Shown here in pieces: positions 54,565-62,569 of a stretch of 64,000 nt of DNA (within the stretch, counting starts at the first letter, position 1; each line of letters opens with the position of its first letter). The stretch is from IMG/VR virus record IMGVR_UViG_3300042731_005302; one strand, given 5' to 3'. This stretch comes from a virus. Under the pieces are notes generated by a model. It had not been told where the DNA came from, did not search any database, and worked only from the letters and a program-made list of their open reading frames with translations. Position numbers and translations under genes: made by a program.

Positions 54565-54840
54565 ATGAAACTAAACCCCTATACAGTAGTTCTTGCTTTT
54601 CCTGACTACTTGTATTTTCCTCGTAATGCCTGCTATGCCCGGCACGTAGCGTCCTCTGACCCGGACAAGGCACTGAAACTGGTAAGGATGCTTGCACTTG
54701 AAAACACCAAGGAGTTTCTTGCTACTGAAGGCCCGGACAACAGCCACTTTATCGGCGCTCTAGGCAGTCCCGATGAATTCAAACTGATTGCCGTCTTTGA
54801 AGGCTACTGCACAGTAGTCGAAGACAGCTGCCCCTTCTGA
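54565..54840 (+). CDS. hypothetical protein
   Basis: ATAGGAGC SD upstream. 91 aa. Confidence 0.55.
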   Translation: MKLNPYTVVLAFPDYLYFPRNACYARHVASSDPDKALKLVRMLALENTKEFLATEGPDNSHFIGALGSPDEFKLIAVFEGYCTVVEDSCPF

Positions 54841-54886
54841 TTCCACTGGCCTTAGGCCAAACAGCTACAAGTAGGAGAACCAACAA

Positions 54887-55588
54887 ATGTGTAATCCCCG
54901 CCATGAAGAACACGAATACGAAGGCTACACCATCAAGGTCATCCAAGACATCGACCCGCAGAATCCGAGAAAAGACTTCGACAACCTGGGAGTTATGGTC
55001 TGCGAGCACTCGTGCTATGACTTGGGAGACGGCGGCATGTACCTGCTGCGGGATGCCGTCAGAGCACATCCGTTATGGCATGACTGCTGGGAAGATGATC
55101 TGGAGGAAGACGACAACCAGTGGTGGCTTGCCAAGGCCGAACGGTTCGGCTTCATAATCCTGCCACTGTATCTGTACGACCACAGCGGCATCACCATGAA
55201 CACTACTGGATTTTCCTGTCCATGGGACAGCGGCCGAGTAGGCGTGATCTTCGCTTCTCCTGCCAAGATCAGAGAATGCCACCTCTTGAAGCCCAAGCAA
55301 CGCATCTCAAATAAAATCAAAAAGCTTGTCATTAAAGTTCTCAAGGCAGAGGTGGAAGAGTACGACCAATACCTGACCGGCGATGTCTGGGGCTTTATCA
55401 TCGAAGACTCGGACGGCGAAGAGATCCAGGACGGCTCCTGCTGGGGCTTCTTCGGGCAGGACTACTGCCTGCAAGATGCAAAGGGGGTAGTAGATGCGGA
55501 GATCGAGCGCCGCAAAGAGCAGGCCCTGCTGGATGCTGCCAAGGAACAGGCATCTCAGTTTGTAGAGGCAGAAGACTGTTACGCTTAG
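54887..55588 (+). CDS. conserved phage/plasmid-type hypothetical protein
   Basis: GTAGGAGA SD upstream. 233 aa. Motifs LYLYDHSGI, CPWDSGRVG and YLTGDVWGF. Confidence 0.6.
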   Translation: MCNPRHEEHEYEGYTIKVIQDIDPQNPRKDFDNLGVMVCEHSCYDLGDGGMYLLRDAVRAHPLWHDCWEDDLEEDDNQWWLAKAERFGFIILPLYLYDHSGITMNTTGFSCPWDSGRVGVIFASPAKIRECHLLKPKQRISNKIKKLVIKVLKAEVEEYDQYLTGDVWGFIIEDSDGEEIQDGSCWGFFGQDYCLQDAKGVVDAEIERRKEQALLDAAKEQASQFVEAEDCYA

Positions 55589-55590
55589 AC

Positions 55591-55606
55591 GTGTAACTTG
55601 TTACAC
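55591..55606 (+). promoter_or_regulatory. dyad motif M10 (flipped centre: GTGTAA-CTTG-TTACAC)
   Basis: 26 nt upstream of ATG 55632. The centre is the reverse complement of CAAG. Confidence 0.7.
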
Positions 55607-55631
55607 CTGAAAGAAAGTAGGAGCACCAACA

Positions 55632-57311
55632 ATGATCGACAATCAGTTCTATCCCACCCCTGTAGGCTTAGCACAAAGGGCTTACCATAAATTCACAAGT
55701 CGGGACATCACCCGCCTCCTGGAGCCTGAGGCCGGTAGAGGAGACTTTCTGGACGCTATCGGATGCCGTGACACTTATTATCACGGCAGAACCACTCAAG
55801 CCGACTGCATCGAGCTGGACCTGCAAAATCAGGCCATCCTCAGAGATAAGGGTTACCGAGTGATCGACGGGGATTTCCTGCAGTTCAGCGGCAGCGGAGC
55901 TATGTACTCCCACGTCCTCATGAATCCCCCATTCAATCAGGGAGTGGCTCACGTACTCAAGGCCTGGGACATTTTGTTTGACGGGGAGATCGTAGCCATC
56001 ATCAATGCTGCATCTCTACGAAACCCAGACTCGGGGGCAGCTCGTCGCCTGTTCAGGCTCATTGCTGATCACGGCGAAGTAGAATTCTTGCAGCAACAGT
56101 TTCAGACCGAAGACACCCAGCGCAAGACCAACGTCGAGATTGCCCTTGTACACCTCACGAAGAAGGCCTCTGTAGCTTATAGCAACCCCGCTGAAGGGTT
56201 GAAGGAAGATGCTGGACCTGGGATAGCAGACGAGGTCAACAAACAACAGCTGGCCCTGCCGGAGCCTACTATCCACAGTACCGTTAGAGCCTTCGACTTG
56301 GCAGTCGGGAAGATGAAAGTGGCTGTCATGGCGGAGGACGAAGCCTCTTACTACGAGCGGCTGATCTCCTCTGCCCTGGACCCGTCTACCCAGCCTGTTG
56401 AAGTCAAGCTGAAAAAGGTCCAAGAGGAAATCAACGGCAGGTATGACAAGTTGAAGGGCATGGCCTGGAGCCTTATCCTGCAATCCACAGAGTTCACCCA
56501 GAGACTGTCCTCCAAGGTGCAGAAAAAGTTGGAGTCTGACTTTGAACAGGTACAGAAACTGGAGTTTACTTTCTCCAATATCTACGGCCTGTTGTCTGGG
56601 CTTGTGAACCAAAAAGGTCAGATGGACATGGAGATGGTAGCCGAGGTGTTTGACCTGTTCACACGCTACCACTCCGATAATCGGGCCTACTACAGAGGGT
56701 GGAAGAGCAACGACAAGCACAAGACCTGCGCCTACCGCCTGAAGATGACCAGGTTCATCCTGCCTCTTGGGGGCTATGACTCGTTCCTTGACTACACCAA
56801 GAAACAGGAACTATTCGACATCGACAAGGCGTTTGCCATGCTGGACGGCAAGCCAATTCCTGCTAGAACGGACGACCCTGAGGACGCTGGGTATGAAGCA
56901 TACCGTAATACCTTGTTCTACCTGGCTGATCAGCGGTTCGGAGATCTTAAAACCTCAGAGCGATTCCAGACCACCTACTTCGATGTCAGATACTATCCAG
57001 GGACCGGGACCATGCACTTCTTTCCGAAGCGGAAAGACCTCGTCGATAAGATGAACCGGATTGTCGGCAGGATGCGGGCTTGGCTGCCTCCTGAGGATGA
57101 GCGGGTAGACAAGAAGTTCTGGGTGCAGTATGACAAGGCCGAAAAGGTGACGGCTCAGATGAACAAGACGCCCAAGTACAATTCAACGTGGTTTCGGGTG
57201 AATGAAGAGGAGGCCCTGGCTGTGCTGCATGAGGCGGCCTGTGCCAAGCTCAACATCGATTTGTCAGACGGCCTGTTTCATGAGGCGCACAAGGCGCTGG
57301 GTGTAGATTGA
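55632..57311 (+). CDS. N6-adenine DNA methyltransferase with DUF4942-like C-terminal region
   Basis: FYPTP, LEPEAGRGDF (SAM binding) and NPPF catalytic motif. 559 aa with a long C-terminal extension. Confidence 0.75.
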   Translation: MIDNQFYPTPVGLAQRAYHKFTSRDITRLLEPEAGRGDFLDAIGCRDTYYHGRTTQADCIELDLQNQAILRDKGYRVIDGDFLQFSGSGAMYSHVLMNPPFNQGVAHVLKAWDILFDGEIVAIINAASLRNPDSGAARRLFRLIADHGEVEFLQQQFQTEDTQRKTNVEIALVHLTKKASVAYSNPAEGLKEDAGPGIADEVNKQQLALPEPTIHSTVRAFDLAVGKMKVAVMAEDEASYYERLISSALDPSTQPVEVKLKKVQEEINGRYDKLKGMAWSLILQSTEFTQRLSSKVQKKLESDFEQVQKLEFTFSNIYGLLSGLVNQKGQMDMEMVAEVFDLFTRYHSDNRAYYRGWKSNDKHKTCAYRLKMTRFILPLGGYDSFLDYTKKQELFDIDKAFAMLDGKPIPARTDDPEDAGYEAYRNTLFYLADQRFGDLKTSERFQTTYFDVRYYPGTGTMHFFPKRKDLVDKMNRIVGRMRAWLPPEDERVDKKFWVQYDKAEKVTAQMNKTPKYNSTWFRVNEEEALAVLHEAACAKLNIDLSDGLFHEAHKALGVD

Positions 57312-57322
57312 CTTTTAATTAG

Positions 57323-57338
57323 GTGTAACAAGTTACAC
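57323..57338 (+). promoter_or_regulatory. dyad motif M11 (GTGTAA-CAAG-TTACAC)
   Basis: 22 nt upstream of ATG 57360. Confidence 0.7.
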
Positions 57339-57359
57339 CACAACGTAGGAGCAACGACA

Positions 57360-57902
57360 ATGCCAGAATACAGAATCAAATGGGAGATCGACCTCGATGC
57401 TGACACCCCGAGGAAGGCCGCAGAACTTGCCATGAACTACCTACAGACTGGCAAGGAGTGCCATGTCTTCATTGTCAGGGACAACGCAGAGCCAGACCTG
57501 GGGCAGTATTTTCAGGTAGACCTGGATGCCCCTGTTCCTGGCAGCAACGAATACCTGGAAGAGTTCTTTAAGGCCTATGTAGTCTGCGCCCTGCGGAGTT
57601 CTACAGACGAAGAAGGAACTCCTCTTGATGAGGACTACAGCCAGGCGGACATAGATGCCGGCACTCTGAAGGAAATGAAGTTGGACTGCGATGACTTCAT
57701 TATGTTGGCTAAAGATCCGCTGAGTCGCGCAGATTTACCTGCTTCCACTGCTGGTTACAACTTTTGGCTGACTAGGAACCGGCATGGGGCAGGATTCTGG
57801 GACCTGGGCTTAGGCAAGGTCGGGGAAGAGCTGACCACGTTGGCCCACACCTACGGTTCCGTAGACCTGTACGTTGGAGACGACGACAAGCTTTACAGTT
57901 GA
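57360..57902 (+). CDS. hypothetical protein
   Basis: GTAGGAGC SD upstream. 180 aa. C-terminal motif GYNFWLTRNRHGAGFWD. Confidence 0.6.
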   Translation: MPEYRIKWEIDLDADTPRKAAELAMNYLQTGKECHVFIVRDNAEPDLGQYFQVDLDAPVPGSNEYLEEFFKAYVVCALRSSTDEEGTPLDEDYSQADIDAGTLKEMKLDCDDFIMLAKDPLSRADLPASTAGYNFWLTRNRHGAGFWDLGLGKVGEELTTLAHTYGSVDLYVGDDDKLYS

Positions 57903-57914
57903 CAGGCCCCCACC

Positions 57915-58112
57915 ATGCACAACCGACAAACCCTAAGCCTTAAGAAGCCTTCAACCCGGCCCCACAAACCAAGGGACCAGCAGCCAAGGGACCACAAGAT
58001 AGCCCGTCATACCCTTGTTTGCCTTTACGGTCCGCTGGCCCCTGGCCGGCATGACCGCATGCAGCGGGAGATGAACAACCTAGCCAAGAGGAGGCCCAAA
58101 CACCAGAAATAA
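57915..58112 (+). CDS. doubtful ORF (very basic, no SD)
   Basis: 65 aa, Arg/Lys/Pro-rich. Confidence 0.25.
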   Translation: MHNRQTLSLKKPSTRPHKPRDQQPRDHKIARHTLVCLYGPLAPGRHDRMQREMNNLAKRRPKHQK

Positions 58113-58118
58113 AATAAC

Positions 58119-58147
58119 TTGACCCTGAATATAGAGAAGTCTATACT
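58119..58147 (+). promoter_or_regulatory. sigma70-type promoter TTGACC-N17-TATACT
   Basis: -35 at 58119..58124 and -10 at 58142..58147 with a 17-nt spacer. Confidence 0.5.
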
Positions 58148-58153
58148 ACAACT

Positions 58154-58173
58154 TGTCTACAGTTATGTAGACA
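58154..58173 (+). promoter_or_regulatory. dyad TGTCTACA-GTTA-TGTAGACA at the predicted transcription start
   Basis: 8-bp perfect arms beginning about 7 nt after the -10 element. Confidence 0.45.
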
Positions 58174-58196
58174 CAACTACAAGTAGGAGAGTAATT

Positions 58197-58406
58197 ATGC
58201 GAAATTCAAGTTCTAACAGCTCAGGACCGGGAGTGCTCGGCCTTTTGGGAGTGGCCTTCGTAGTGCTTAAATTAACAGGACACATAGATTGGTCCTGGTG
58301 GTGGGTGACAGCGCCGTTTTGGGGCGGGTTAGTACTGGTGCTGGCAGCATTGGTGGGGTTCTTCCTAATAACCTATGGTAAAAAGGCGTTTAAATCTAGA
58401 AAGTAG
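58197..58406 (+). CDS. small two-TMD membrane protein (holin-like architecture)
   Basis: GTAGGAGAG SD upstream. GVLGLLGVAFVVL and GGLVLVLAALVGFFLI segments with a basic C-terminus. Confidence 0.55.
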   Translation: MRNSSSNSSGPGVLGLLGVAFVVLKLTGHIDWSWWWVTAPFWGGLVLVLAALVGFFLITYGKKAFKSRK

Positions 58407-58473
58407 CCTCACAGGCGCTATGTAGGCGGCTGAAGCACTTCGCCTGCTGTAACAATCAATAGGAGATCAAACA

Positions 58474-58881
58474 ATGTGTAAGACCACTATCGAGTCTTCC
58501 CCCGCAATCCTTGCCCTGCAGAAAAAATGGGCGGAAGCCAAAGCCAACGAGGCCGGCTGGAAAGATATCAAATGGGAATGTGAGAAGAAGATCCTCGAAG
58601 CTCTGAAGGCCGGCGGCATAGAACTGCCTGAGACTGGCAGCCTTTGCCTGGAGAAACTGAACATCACCTTCGGCAACACCCGGAGCTGGGACCAGCCCTC
58701 TCTTACTGAGGTGGCTATCGCCAATCCTCATATGATCGGCTCGGTCCTCATCACCGAATACAAGGTAGCTCTGACCAAGCCCAAGGTGGACAAGCTTGTG
58801 GCGGGCGGCACCGAGGCCGGGCAGGCTATTGCCGAGTGCTTTGAAGACAAGCCGAAGAAGCCTTCCTTCTCGGAGAAATAA
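58474..58881 (+). CDS. hypothetical protein
   Basis: ATAGGAGA SD upstream. 135 aa. Confidence 0.6.
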   Translation: MCKTTIESSPAILALQKKWAEAKANEAGWKDIKWECEKKILEALKAGGIELPETGSLCLEKLNITFGNTRSWDQPSLTEVAIANPHMIGSVLITEYKVALTKPKVDKLVAGGTEAGQAIAECFEDKPKKPSFSEK

Positions 58882-58884
58882 CTT

Positions 58885-59148
58885 ATGAACCCACTAATCG
58901 GCGCAACTCTGCCTGCGTTTGGTAGCTACAAACTGGAGCCTATTTACCTAGCTCCTAAGCTGCAATTGAGCCCCAAAGTTCAGGTGAGCGATGCCTTCAG
59001 AGAGCAGTTCAATACCTACTTGCTTGATAGGTTCGGGTACGTGGAGTCCCCGGTAGAACCTGGAGAATTCCTGGTTTCTGAAGCATTTAGAACCATCATG
59101 GGCAGGCCGGAAGATTTGTCTGTTCTGAAGGCAGTTATTGACAGTTAG
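58885..59148 (+). CDS. hypothetical protein
   Basis: 87-aa ORF in operon context. Confidence 0.5.
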   Translation: MNPLIGATLPAFGSYKLEPIYLAPKLQLSPKVQVSDAFREQFNTYLLDRFGYVESPVEPGEFLVSEAFRTIMGRPEDLSVLKAVIDS

Positions 59149-59158
59149 GAGGTAAGTC

Positions 59159-59536
59159 ATGGGCTACGAAACAAAGCTTCTGATTGGCATAAGTTCTCCC
59201 TTCTCAAAGCAAGCAAGCGACCGCAAAGAAACTTATTTCCAAATCTTTGCTACTTTAGACCTGTGTAAGTGCGGATATCCCTCGAAGCTGCACGAACTTC
59301 CCCGTGTCAATACCGATGAAAACCATTGCTGGTTTTGGTACGGCGGAGACGAGGAACAGCGTGAGAACCTATATGGAGAGCAGCTTAAGCCGGTTCCTGT
59401 GAGGGACGTTTTAGAAGCCTTGAAGGCTGACATGGTGCAGGAGCCAAACTACCGTAGGTTTAAATGGGCTAGGGCTTTACTAGAGTCTATGGTTGACGAC
59501 CAGGAGAACTTGGAAGTTCTGCTGTACGGCCACTGA
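59159..59536 (+). CDS. hypothetical protein
   Basis: TTAGGAGG SD upstream. 125 aa. Confidence 0.6.
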   Translation: MGYETKLLIGISSPFSKQASDRKETYFQIFATLDLCKCGYPSKLHELPRVNTDENHCWFWYGGDEEQRENLYGEQLKPVPVRDVLEALKADMVQEPNYRRFKWARALLESMVDDQENLEVLLYGH

Positions 59537-59689
59537 ATAGCAAGCAAAAAGAAGCCGGCCCATGGGGGTAGGCCGGCTAATAATGTTACACGTAGGAGAT
59601 CGAAGTCCAGCCGTCGAAGAAGGGATAGGAAGAACTTCGAGCGGAACTATATCTCCTGTACGGTTAGAAAGCAATAGGAGAAACCACAA

Positions 59690-60679
59690 GTGAACATCAA
59701 CGAAGCACGAGATGTAATCAATCATATCCTGTCTATCAACCCGGAGCAGAGCATCATGCTTTGGGGTCCTCCAGGGGTGGGCAAGTCGGATCTGATCCGG
59801 CAAATCGCGGCAGAGCAAGGCCTGGAGGTATTGGACCTGAGGCTTAGTCAGATGGACCCCCCTGACCTGCGAGGAATGCCGTTCCCGAAGGACGGAGCGA
59901 CTACCTTCTATCCCCCGGCAGAGTTGCCCACTGCTCCGGGCAAGCTCATCTTCCTTGACGAGATGAACGCAGCCCCTCGGGCAGTTATGGCTGCAGCGAT
60001 GCAGTTAACTCTGGACCGGCAACTGGGCCAGTACAGAGTGCCGGACGGTACTCCCATCATAGCAGCCGGTAATCGGGTGCAGGATAAGGCCGTAGCCAAT
60101 CGGATGCCGTCTGCGCTCAACAATCGGTTCATCCACATCCAGGTCGAAGTGGATCTCACCTGCATGGTCAAGTACATGCTGGAGAACGCCTGGCCGATGG
60201 AGGTTATACAGTTTCTGCGGTTCAGGCCAAACCTGCTGCACAGCATGCCTGACAACCTGCGGGACGGCGAAAGCTTCCCGAGTCCGAGAAGCTGGGAATT
60301 CGTCATCAGGTCCAAGGCTTTGGAAGTAGCGAACAAAGATCTTAGGCGACACCTGCTGGTAGGCGCAGTAGGGGAGGCGGCCATGGTCGAGCTGGAGGGC
60401 TTTATCCGCACGGTCAAGAATCTGCCCAACCTGGACCATGTGCTGACTGATCCGCACAATGCGCCTCTGCCACAACAGACAGACGCCAAGTACGCGGTGG
60501 CCGGGGCCTTGGCTGCTAAGGCAAGCGCAGTCAACCTGGCTTCGATCATGGCCTACCTGGAACGGTTCCAGGAGAAAGAATACATGGCGATGGCTATGCA
60601 CAACATCGTAAAGACCAAGGGCGAGCTTCGCAGTGCTTCCCAGGTCGTCAACTGGATGGCCCAGAATCGGGCTGCTTAG
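59690..60679 (+). CDS. MoxR-type AAA+ ATPase (AAA_5)
   Basis: GTG start after ATAGGAGA. Walker A GPPGVGKS, Walker B LIFLDEMNAA, sensor IIAAGNR. Confidence 0.85.
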   Translation: MNINEARDVINHILSINPEQSIMLWGPPGVGKSDLIRQIAAEQGLEVLDLRLSQMDPPDLRGMPFPKDGATTFYPPAELPTAPGKLIFLDEMNAAPRAVMAAAMQLTLDRQLGQYRVPDGTPIIAAGNRVQDKAVANRMPSALNNRFIHIQVEVDLTCMVKYMLENAWPMEVIQFLRFRPNLLHSMPDNLRDGESFPSPRSWEFVIRSKALEVANKDLRRHLLVGAVGEAAMVELEGFIRTVKNLPNLDHVLTDPHNAPLPQQTDAKYAVAGALAAKASAVNLASIMAYLERFQEKEYMAMAMHNIVKTKGELRSASQVVNWMAQNRAA

Positions 60680-60689
60680 GGGGACAGAG

Positions 60690-61133
60690 ATGAGTAAGAG
60701 AGGTTACGCTTGCATTGGGCTCCATAACCCAAAGACTCCTGCTAATGTCGGAAGTGCCATGCGGGCCTGCGGAGTGTATGGAGCAACACAACTGTTGTTT
60801 ACAGGCTCTAGGTACAAAAAATCACAGAAGTTTGTTACCGATCCGCAAAAACATTATCGACATATTCCTCTTATTCACGTAGAGGACTTACATGTTGCCA
60901 TTCCATTTGATTGCGTGCCTGTGGCTGTAGACCTGATAGAGGGAGCCACTCCTCTGCCGGAGTACAATCACCCTGAGCGGGCCTTCTACATCTTTGGGCC
61001 TGAAGACGGCACCCTGGGGGCAAGAATTACTTCTTGGTGCAGAGATATCGTGTACGTACCTACGGATGGCTGCATGAATTTGGCAGCTACCGTCAATGTA
61101 GTGTTATACGACAGGCTGGCTAAAGGCATGTAA
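60690..61133 (+). CDS. SPOUT (SpoU/TrmH/TrmL-like) RNA 2'-O-methyltransferase
   Basis: IGLHNPKTPANVGSAMRACGVYGA, YIFGPEDGTL and CMNLAATVNVVLYDR match SPOUT motifs 1-3. 147 aa. Confidence 0.7.
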   Translation: MSKRGYACIGLHNPKTPANVGSAMRACGVYGATQLLFTGSRYKKSQKFVTDPQKHYRHIPLIHVEDLHVAIPFDCVPVAVDLIEGATPLPEYNHPERAFYIFGPEDGTLGARITSWCRDIVYVPTDGCMNLAATVNVVLYDRLAKGM

Positions 61134-61143
61134 CAAGTTACAT
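61128..61143 (+). promoter_or_regulatory. dyad motif M12 (compensated variant ATGTAA-CAAG-TTACAT)
   Basis: Overlaps stop TAA 61131..61133. 24 nt upstream of ATG 61167. Confidence 0.65.
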
Positions 61144-61166
61144 CCAACTACAAGTAGGAGAGAAAG

Positions 61167-62084
61167 ATGAACAATCCCAACCCTGTGATGAATCCCGAGT
61201 CCTTGACTGAACGCGCCATGCTGGTGTCTATCACCATCAAGGTGCCGAGCAACTCCAAGCAGGATAAAGACTCCACCTCTGAAGTCACTGCCAGCCACCA
61301 TGCGGCGGACGGTGCGGCCCGTGTGAACAAAACCCTGATGCCTAAGGATGTGGTCCAGACCTTCACCAAGCCGGCCTCTGCGGCGCGCCAGGCCGTCTAT
61401 GACGCTACTCTGCCTTGGGGACAGCAAGGCATACGCATTCTTTTGGCCGCCAACTACTTCAAGCTGATGAAGGCCGTTGAAGTTCAAGAGAAGGTGTTCT
61501 GGGCAGCGGTCGAGAAGTTCAAGGAGCGGCTGGACGACCATATCGCCTCTGCTCGGCAACAACTGGGCACCCTGTTCCGTGAGGACGACTACCCGACCCG
61601 TGAAGAGCTGGAATCCGCCTTCTCCTTCGAGCTGAAGTTCATGCCTCTGACGGACGCTTCCGACTGGCGAGTCAAGCTGGGAGCAGACGAGGAAGCCCGC
61701 ATCCAGCAGCGCATCCAGGACCGGATGGAGAGGTCCATCGCGGAAGCCGCCAAGGAGCCCTGGAGGCGTGTCAAGGAAGCGGCAGCTGCCCTTGCCGAGC
61801 GGCTGGAGACCAGGGCCAAGCAGGAGCTTGATCCGAACCACAAGGGCCGGGCCACGCCTCTGAAGTCGTCTCTGCTGGACAATTTGTCCGAGCTGGCCTC
61901 CTCCATAGAGGGCCTAAACATCACCAATGACCCCAACCTGTCGGCCATCGGTAAGGAGATCGAGAAGGCGCTGATGGGGCAGGAGATGTCCAACCTCAAG
62001 GGCTCGCCGGAAGCGCAGAACAAGCTGGCTGGCGACATGCGCTCGCTTGAGGAGCGCGTCAACGAATATGCGGGGTTGATATGA
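61167..62084 (+). CDS. DUF3150-like protein
   Basis: GTAGGAGAG SD upstream. 305 aa. FSFELKFMPLTDASDWRV resembles the DUF3150 signature. Tentative. Confidence 0.5.
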   Translation: MNNPNPVMNPESLTERAMLVSITIKVPSNSKQDKDSTSEVTASHHAADGAARVNKTLMPKDVVQTFTKPASAARQAVYDATLPWGQQGIRILLAANYFKLMKAVEVQEKVFWAAVEKFKERLDDHIASARQQLGTLFREDDYPTREELESAFSFELKFMPLTDASDWRVKLGADEEARIQQRIQDRMERSIAEAAKEPWRRVKEAAAALAERLETRAKQELDPNHKGRATPLKSSLLDNLSELASSIEGLNITNDPNLSAIGKEIEKALMGQEMSNLKGSPEAQNKLAGDMRSLEERVNEYAGLI

Positions 62085-62383
62085 TGAACCTAAGTAGTTT
62101 CACTGTCCTCACTACGGTGCCAAGCGCGTACAGTAATAATGACTATGAAGTTATAGCAACCGTGGATATTACGACAGGCATCTTCCCTTTTAAGAAAAAG
62201 AAAAGACTAATTATTAGGTCAGAGTTTAGGCTTAATTGGTACAGCCTTACTGGGGAAGCACTTCCGCAGCTGCAAATGTACGATCTGTGGCTAAAGTGGG
62301 TAGCAGAAAATGATTTAGAGTATGCCCAGACTGGGCGGCTGAAACTAGGTGATGGAGATAACTATGTACTTAAGAACTGTTGA
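62081..62383 (+). CDS. hypothetical protein
   Basis: ATGA overlap with the upstream gene. 100 aa. Confidence 0.45.
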   Translation: MMNLSSFTVLTTVPSAYSNNDYEVIATVDITTGIFPFKKKKRLIIRSEFRLNWYSLTGEALPQLQMYDLWLKWVAENDLEYAQTGRLKLGDGDNYVLKNC

Positions 62384-62564
62384 CGGTAAGTGGTATGTTT
62401 ACAGGCTGCACGGGGCCGTGTTTGTCTCGTGGGTAACTGCTAAGGATAGGCACCAAGCAACCTTATTTCAGTTGCCAAACGTGAACCAATGGAAAACTCT
62501 GCTAGAAGCGCAAACAGGGCTTTCCTTGGAGGCGATCTCACCGGCTGCTGTATTACGGGAGTAG
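62364..62564 (+). CDS. hypothetical protein
   Basis: ATG 62364 lies 5 nt after GGAGA. 66 aa. Confidence 0.4.
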   Translation: MYLRTVDGKWYVYRLHGAVFVSWVTAKDRHQATLFQLPNVNQWKTLLEAQTGLSLEAISPAAVLRE

Positions 62565-62569
62565 GAACC

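Noticed and set aside
56016-56720. 234-aa minus-strand ORF inside the methyltransferase gene.
   Set aside because: It is antisense to an ORF with clear methyltransferase motifs. No minus-strand operon context exists in this block.
45010-61143. The dyad motifs considered as rho-independent terminators.
   Set aside because: None is followed by a T-tract. One lies upstream of the very first early gene. True terminators with T-tracts exist separately, at 46968 and 48614.
45010-61143. The dyad motifs considered as canonical NrdR boxes for the phage NrdR-like protein.
   Set aside because: The length is the same (16 bp), but the NrdR box is ACAC...GTGT with an AT-rich centre, whereas the phage dyad is GTGT...ACAC. 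I keep this only as a testable idea, not a call.
59908-61841. Minus-strand ORFs of 198-245 aa across the MoxR, SPOUT and DUF3150-like genes.
   Set aside because: They are antisense to genes with strong motifs and SDs, and their compositions are Arg/Leu-rich and low-complexity.
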